Source: Eukaryota sp. TZLM1-RC
Taxonomy: Eukaryota > Protista > Metamonada: BaSk clade
NCBI GenBank assembly: GCA_040285825.1
Contig: JAUPSS010000004.1
Coordinates: forward strand, 3,080,550-3,144,549
Length of the DNA stretch: 64,000 nt
Direction of reading: 5' to 3'
Below the pieces are notes generated by a model that did not search any database, had not been told where the DNA came from, and was given only the letters and a program-made list of their open reading frames with translations. Made by a program: the position numbers and the translations under genes. Shown piece by piece: positions 59,733-64,000 of the stretch (position 1 is the first letter of the stretch; each line of letters opens with the position of its first letter).

Positions 59733-60688
59733 GAACATTACAGAAACCATTGACTGGAATGTATGAAAATGATCTTTATAATAATATATGCAGCTCGGCT
59801 GTTTTAAATCAAGATATTCACTCATTGTTTTTGGAAAAAGGGTGTTTGTGAAAATAAGTCATCAGATTCTTCACTTTTTGTAACCATTGTAACCACGAAG
59901 ATTTGGATTGTGTGCTACTAATGATGCATCTGTAACAAAAATGAGATTATATTTGAATATCCCCATTAATCAATTATTATCAAAAGAAGAATGTATTTGT
60001 TCGAATTCACCTCTGCTCACTTTGCATCATGCTCTGAATTGCTCTAAATTGATAACTTATCATTCTTCATTACATGATGCTGTTAGAGACACTGTTTCCA
60101 ATATGGCACAAACTGTAAGAATATCGTGTATCAAAGAGCCCCTGCTGAAGGAAACACTTTCTCTGAATAATTTTGGTTCTGATGATAGAGGTGATGTATA
60201 CTGTGATTGGATTGATAATTCTGAAGCTATTGTTGACTTTGTCTCATGTAATGCTGCAAATAGTACCTTGGTTCACAGAAGAAAACTGAATCCTGTGACT
60301 GCTCTTGATTTTAAAGCAAAAGAGAAACATAGAAAATATGATAAAGATATTGAAGAGGCTAATGCCGATAGAAATACACAGCTGGTTTTTATTGCTTTCC
60401 CATTTTCGATAAATGGAAGATTATCAGATGAAGCAGAAACTTTTTTGAATGACTTCCAAAAAATGATGGAAGAAAAAACAATGAAAAGATTTGATATTTT
60501 TTTATGGCGTTCACGGATTCAATTTGCCATTATTAATAGATTACCTCGGTTTTTCAATCGAATAAGAGAAGCTTTAGCTAGACAGCAAGCAGATCAAGAT
60601 TTTGTAGAGGAAATCTTGGCTCAATGATAGTCGTCCCATTAGTTGCGAGTTAATTTAATAAAGTGTGCAAATTCAATAAATACAATTA
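59733..60688 (+). mobile_element. 5'-truncated family A element (ORF 59908..60627)
   Basis: Near-identical to 1..845. Confidence 0.88.
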
Positions 60689-61397
60689 GCATGAGAATTT
60701 TCATTAACTGAGGAAATGGGTTTCGCATATTTAGCAATTTTATATTTTTCGCCATCAAGAAGAGGATTATTTACATCTGAGTTAATGAAATGTTCGTTAG
60801 AAGAATTACAAGGGTTAATAGACATGGCGTCTAAAATAGTAAAACTACCATTTAAGCCGAAAACAACCAAGTCACCTCTTGTCAGACCCATAGAAGCTCT
60901 GTTGTAGCGCGTACTATCAATATTGGGGTCATCAAGGATTAATTCTGATATCAAAGGCTCTAAAAAGAAATCTACTCGATATGATTTGCACAACACAAAA
61001 ATTTGGTCTCTGACATTATTATGCACTTTGCCTCTAAATGTAATGAAATGTTTACAGTTCAAAAGATGAGTAAACAAAAGAGGTTTACCACATTTACATG
61101 TTAAATGATTGGGCAAATTGTTTGGCCATAGAAAACAACGAAAACGCATGTTTAAAAACCATTCATTGTTTTTTAAATGAAGTCCATAAACAGAGGGAAT
61201 TTGAGTTACTAAAGCAGCATCAGGACTATTAGGAATGTTTTTGGAAAAAATTCCGAAAGTGGGATTTTCAATTCTGGCCAAGCCAAGTCTGACTTTATAA
61301 TCCAAGCTTTCAAACAATTTAAGCAGATGGTGCTGAAATGTCTTCAGGCAAAAACGTCAATTTGGGAGTGATCGGTTGGGAATTTCTTGAACATTCT

Positions 61398-63244
61398 TTT
61401 TTTTGAAAGAATCTTTTTTATTTATTCCAATAAAAAATAAACTATACGACCAGGATAAAATTCTATGTCTTCATAACCCAGGTCAGCCAAGAAAAATTGA
61501 CTGGAGGGTTTTCTTTCATAAACGCGTCCAAGAGATAACAAAGCTGAAGATAATAAGGGAACAACACCTTTGAAAATTGAAAATACAATTCTGTTCTGCC
61601 AAAAACTTTTGTCAAAAACTCTTCCAGTACGTTGTTTCACAATTTCAAGAAAATCATCCAGAAAAGATAAAGCAAGATATCCAAGCGTTCCATGAAAGGA
61701 AACTGCAAATGGACAAAGGACATAATGAGTACGCGATTCTGCATTCAAGGATAACAATTTTGGTTTATATTTGTCAATTTTGGATTTTTCGGAAACAGTT
61801 AAGGGGTCCCTATATTTTGATTGAGCCATTGGAATAAAAGAATCATTACAGGCATCAGTAGATCTCACATCTGTAATAATGGTAGTACCTTCAAGACCTT
61901 CAAGCATTAAATCACCTCTATTTCGACCAAACGAATTCAAAATATCTTCATCAACCAAACGGGAAAGTAGTGGTTCTAAATAGGAAACAATTCTATGTGA
62001 TTTTGACATACAATAGAGTTGATCTCTTACCGCATCATGAACTTTTGATCGGAAAGTAATAAAATGTTTACAATTGAATAAATGATTTGGAGAAATTTTT
62101 GATATACATTTATAATTCAAATTATGAGGCACGTTGTCAGGCAAAATGAAACAACGAAGGCGCATTGTACAAGAAAATTCGGTATCATTTAAAAGAAGAC
62201 CATAAATTTGAGGAATCTGAGTAATTAAACACGAAGAGGAACTGTTTTGGGCATCTAACAAGAAATTTGCGAAAGCGGGATTATCTTTTTTGGCCGAGCC
62301 AAGACGAACATTAAAATCCAAGCCTTCAAAAAATATGGTTAACTTTTGTTGCAATTTTTTAACACAATACCTCAAATTAACTAGTGCTCCAGATGGTATT
62401 TCTTGCACATTGTCGGGAAAACATTTACTCCAAATTTTTGAGGGCAAACAATCAAGAGCATTTTGTAGGTCTCTAAGAAAGTTATTGCTTGTAAAATTCA
62501 ATAAATTAATATCATTGGGAAAACGGTTGCAAACTTCAAAAACAAAATTTTTCCCTCCACCAAGAAAAGCAGCCTGACAGAGAATAGACGATTAAGTGAA
62601 ATTAATTCCACCAAAATTAGATGATGAAAATACATGACTTCGAATTAGTTCAGGATTGACATCAATCAAAGCTGCAAAAAATTTTGTTCTCAAATAGTTA
62701 AATGAGCGGCAAAACTCACGTGAAATATCAGGAGATGTTGTTCTTAAAATGTGATTAATTTTACCGGAGTAGCAACTTTTTGAGATAAAAAACTTAATAT
62801 GTTTCTCAATTTCAAATGACGAAATTGTATCAAGTTCAGAACCCAATTTCATTAAAAGATTATTCAATTCTTCAGTAATTTTTGGAACATTTCCAAGCCA
62901 GCATCCTAGGAAACGAAAAGCATCTGATCAATAGTTAAGAAAAGGAATTTCAACTCCATCAATGGTTAATCTATCTTTTACTTTTCCTATAAAGAGACAT
63001 TTATCGGCATTAAGCAAAAGACCAATAGCTCTGTAATACAGTGAGGCTTCAGAAGCAATTTCATTTAAAACATTCTTGGGCCATTACTTTTTTGTTTAGC
63101 AATTCACCAGTCTTTGATTCATTTCAGTAATCGTTATCCGATGTTGAAAATAGTAGGATACATGGATGAAATCTCAATTATTGGTCCATTAAATGTTTTA
63201 AATGAAATTGCTTCTGAAGCCTCACTGTGTTACAGAGATATTGG
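61398..63244 (-). mobile_element. Family C element with 5' inversion (63075..63248 on the + strand) nested in family B
   Basis: A-rich tail at 61398 (T-run on +), RLE ORF 61422..62501. TSD TCTTGAACATTCT at 61385-61397 and 63245-63257. Confidence 0.9.
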
Positions 63245-64000
63245 TCTTGAACATTCTGAGGAAAACAATGAATCCAGATATCACTGGGCACATTATCAAA
63301 TTGCTATTGAAGTTGATAACAAGAAAAGCAGTGATATTTTTTGGTCCAACAATTATGAAAAAATAGGAAAGTTCTTAGTGCAAAACCCAATTTTCAACAC
63401 TGTTATCTTTAGAGCAATACTATTTATTTCCTGTTTTTTTAACTGGAAATATTACTATCAATATTCAGTGTCCTCGTTGTGATCTGTTCCAATATTGAAA
63501 AGTTTTTCAGTAAAATTTTTACATCAAAAATTTATACATGTTCAACCTTATAAAGCTGTTCTAATTTTCGAACAAAAAGTAAATTGTTGCAATTCACAAT
63601 TAACGATTCTAAATAATCTCTACAAACAAAAATAATGATAAACCCAGCGGGCAAAGGCGTTACATTAATGAACAAAACCTAAAAAATAAAACAAATGAAA
63701 TGATTCTCGTTTTTTGCCCACATTGGAAAGTCTGCCTTGAATTTTCTCAATGATTTTGATAATTTATGTCGTTCAAGTGGTAAGAATTTTGCAGGGAATT
63801 TATGGAAGAATCGTATCATTTTCGCCTTGTACAGAAGTATTTCCAAGTACTTAAGATTAATGATGTCCAAACTTTATAAGGATTCATGAAGAGTTGGCGT
63901 GGAGAATTTTGTTTCTTATGTGTTTTAATTTGTTTTTTTTGTTTCTTCGGAGAAAATAAAATCTTTAATAAAAAAAATAAAACATTGTTTATATCAATAA

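Larger units (their letters stand above)
58835..63318 (-). mobile_element. Family B element (58835..59181, 60689..61397, 63245..63318) interrupted by two nested insertions
   Basis: The three pieces are collinear with 41600..42670 once both TSD-bounded inserts are removed. Confidence 0.85.

Noticed and set aside
35329-63244. Large inverted or segmental duplications, or group II intron RTs
   Set aside because: The repeats are independent 5'-truncated non-LTR insertions with A-rich tails and TSDs; the RT is followed by an RLE domain.
1-64000. tRNA or rRNA genes
   Set aside because: None recognised by eye; tRNAscan or Infernal would be needed to exclude them.

Overview
AT-rich, compact eukaryotic (protist-like) genomic DNA. 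Ordinary host genes are TAP42/IGBP1, ALG1, a miniature MFAP1, an NHE antiporter, dihydropyrimidine dehydrogenase, a vWA protein, a GH20 beta-hexosaminidase and SPB1; the introns I could locate are only 29-36 nt and mostly start GTTTG. These genes sit among heavily nested mobile DNA: at least six families of CRE-like RLE non-LTR retrotransposons inserted into one another with clear target-site duplications (TSDs), including one 5'-inverted copy; a full-length chromodomain Ty3/Gypsy element with 79-bp LTRs; and an internally deleted MULE. The main finding is a Fanzor1 (eukaryotic TnpB-like RNA-guided RuvC nuclease) present three times: two divergent near-complete pseudogenes (2768-5917; ~15643-26152, split by the Gypsy) and one internally deleted copy (~31375-32022). 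In both long copies a family-B-polymerase-type DEDD 3'-5' exonuclease domain lies about 20 codons upstream of the Fanzor N-terminus. All three copies read N-R-N instead of the catalytic RuvC-III N-R-D. This suggests an exonuclease-fused, RuvC-altered RNA-guided effector that I do not recognise as described. All reconstructions were done by eye across frameshifts and stops, with no database search.
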